A stretch of DNA of 64,000 nt from an uncultured Gammaproteobacteria bacterium. Lineage in GTDB: Bacteria > Pseudomonadota > Gammaproteobacteria > Ga0077536. Location: positions 14,414 to 78,413 of the forward strand of contig CAXBJY010000008.1 of the NCBI GenBank assembly GCA_963976285.1. Direction: 5' to 3'. Position 1 is the first letter of the stretch. Every line of letters starts with the position of its first letter. Below the pieces are notes generated by a model. The model ran no database searches. It was not told the origin of the DNA and saw only the letters and a list, made by a program, of their open reading frames with translations. Position numbers and translations under genes: made by a program. Positions 63,356 through 64,000 of this stretch are shown here, one piece after another.

Positions 63356-64000
63356 AAGCAATCTCGTGTATAAAATTTAGCCAGGAGACGATCAGTTTCA
63401 AACCTGGCCTGAACGTTGTTGTTGGCGATGATCTGGCGACAAATTCGATCGGTAAATCTACTTTGCTGATGGTAGTAGATTTTGTCATGGGCGGATCTGA
63501 TTTCCTTGTTCACAACAACGATGTTGTGGCTGAGCTCGGCGATCATGCCTACCGCGCTGCGTTCGATTTTGTCGGCGAATCTTACTTTTTTCGCCGTGAT
63601 ACAGCGACGCCTGATGTAGTGGACCTTTGCGATAAGTCGTGGAAGGTCATTGAGGCGCTCACCATTCAGGACTATCGAGAGCGTTTAACTACCCTGTATG
63701 GCCTGAATGACGTCGGCCTAAGCTTTCGGCAGATCTGTGCTCCGTTTTCGAGAATCTGGGGAAAGCAGAACCTAAACCCTGCAAGGCCGTTAGATGCGCA
63801 TCTCAAACAATCGGCCGCAGATTCGCTGTATCTAGCGCTCAAGTTATTCCAGAAATATGACGAAGTGGAAGATCTAGAGGGGGCGCTGAAAAGCGTTCAA
63901 AACAAGGCGAGTGCACTAAATTCCGCGTTTCGCGAACAGGTTGTTCCGAGGATCACCAAGAGGAAATATAACGACAACTCTAGAAACATTTCGGAGCTCT
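63349..64000 (+). CDS. ABC/SMC-type (AAA_15/23-like) ATPase, N-terminal 217 aa only (runs off window end)
   Basis: Own translation: MLKAISCIKFSQETISFKPGLNVVVGDDLATNSIGKSTLLMVVDFVMGG… = N-terminal Walker A region typical of defense-associated ABC ATPases. No stop before position 64000, so absent from the ORF track. Confidence 0.6.
   Translation, partial: MLKAISCIKFSQETISFKPGLNVVVGDDLATNSIGKSTLLMVVDFVMGGSDFLVHNNDVVAELGDHAYRAAFDFVGESYFFRRDTATPDVVDLCDKSWKVIEALTIQDYRERLTTLYGLNDVGLSFRQICAPFSRIWGKQNLNPARPLDAHLKQSAADSLYLALKLFQKYDEVEDLEGALKSVQNKASALNSAFREQVVPRITKRKYNDNSRNISEL

Larger units (their letters stand above)
58582..64000 (+). mobile_element. low-GC island organised like an integron gene-cassette array without an integrase in the window (CALIN-like); continues past the window end
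   Basis: GC drops from ~68% to ~45-55%. All genes co-oriented. Each gene block is preceded by a GTTRRRY-like core (GTTAGGC 58582, GTTAGAT 59262, GTTAAGT 61128, GTTATCT 62337) and followed by a related ~80-110-bp imperfect palindrome. No integrase ORF found. Confidence 0.45.

Noticed and set aside
1-64000. CRISPR arrays, rRNA and tRNA genes
   Set aside because: No regularly spaced direct repeats of 25-40 bp, no rRNA-like conserved stretches and no tRNA-like structures noticed anywhere in the window. The only repeat family is the island palindromes, whose unequal spacing and intervening full-size genes are incompatible with CRISPR.

Overview
High-GC (about 65-70% by eye) proteobacterial chromosomal segment, gene-dense. 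No rRNA, tRNA or CRISPR array was seen. Start coordinates that differ from the supplied ORF track were derived by counting residues from the track ORF start to an internal Met, and checked against the printed sequence lines. Layout by region: (1) 0-13 kb: 5' portion of a circularly permuted ATP-grasp gene at the window edge, two MscS-type channels, a soluble MgtE-N/CBS protein overlapping a full mgtE, a D-Ala-D-Ala carboxypeptidase, and tamA/tamB. (2) 13-20 kb, minus strand: FAD monooxygenase, epimerase, hydantoinase A and B, and a translationally coupled 67-aa Cys mini-protein. (3) 21-26 kb: a MerR regulator divergent from a perfect sigma70 promoter that drives a 33-aa peptide, a Tat-HiPIP, a 53-aa Cys protein, a DCC::Coq7 fusion, a flavoprotein and UbiG; then a fasciclin protein with a canonical terminator. 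(4) 27-32 kb: a second hydantoinase A/B pair (HyuB with a fused Zn-ribbon tail) plus an isochorismatase-family hydrolase. (5) 32-39 kb: MipA, SDRs, LysR, SnoaL-like, HAD, SurE and GntR genes. (6) 39-53 kb: acyl-CoA dehydrogenase, thiolase, a dedicated biotin-dependent carboxylase set (5S-type carboxyltransferase, biotin carboxylase, BCCP) adjacent to split PPDK/PEP-synthase-like modules and two unrecognisable proteins, then enoyl-CoA hydratase and an AMP-forming ligase. This is a candidate substrate-activation/carboxylation catabolic module. (7) 53-57 kb: type I secretion HlyD/HlyB (CLD type). (8) 58.2-64 kb: abrupt drop to roughly 45-55% GC. Co-oriented cassette-like genes (two small TM proteins, a KAP NTPase, a PIN-like protein, and an HNH nuclease + 73-aa ORF + ABC-type ATPase that runs off the window) are separated by a family of about 80-110-bp imperfect palindromes ending in GTTRRRY-like cores. 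This looks like an integron gene-cassette array lacking an integrase (CALIN-like) carrying candidate defense genes, and is the most likely location of an undescribed system.
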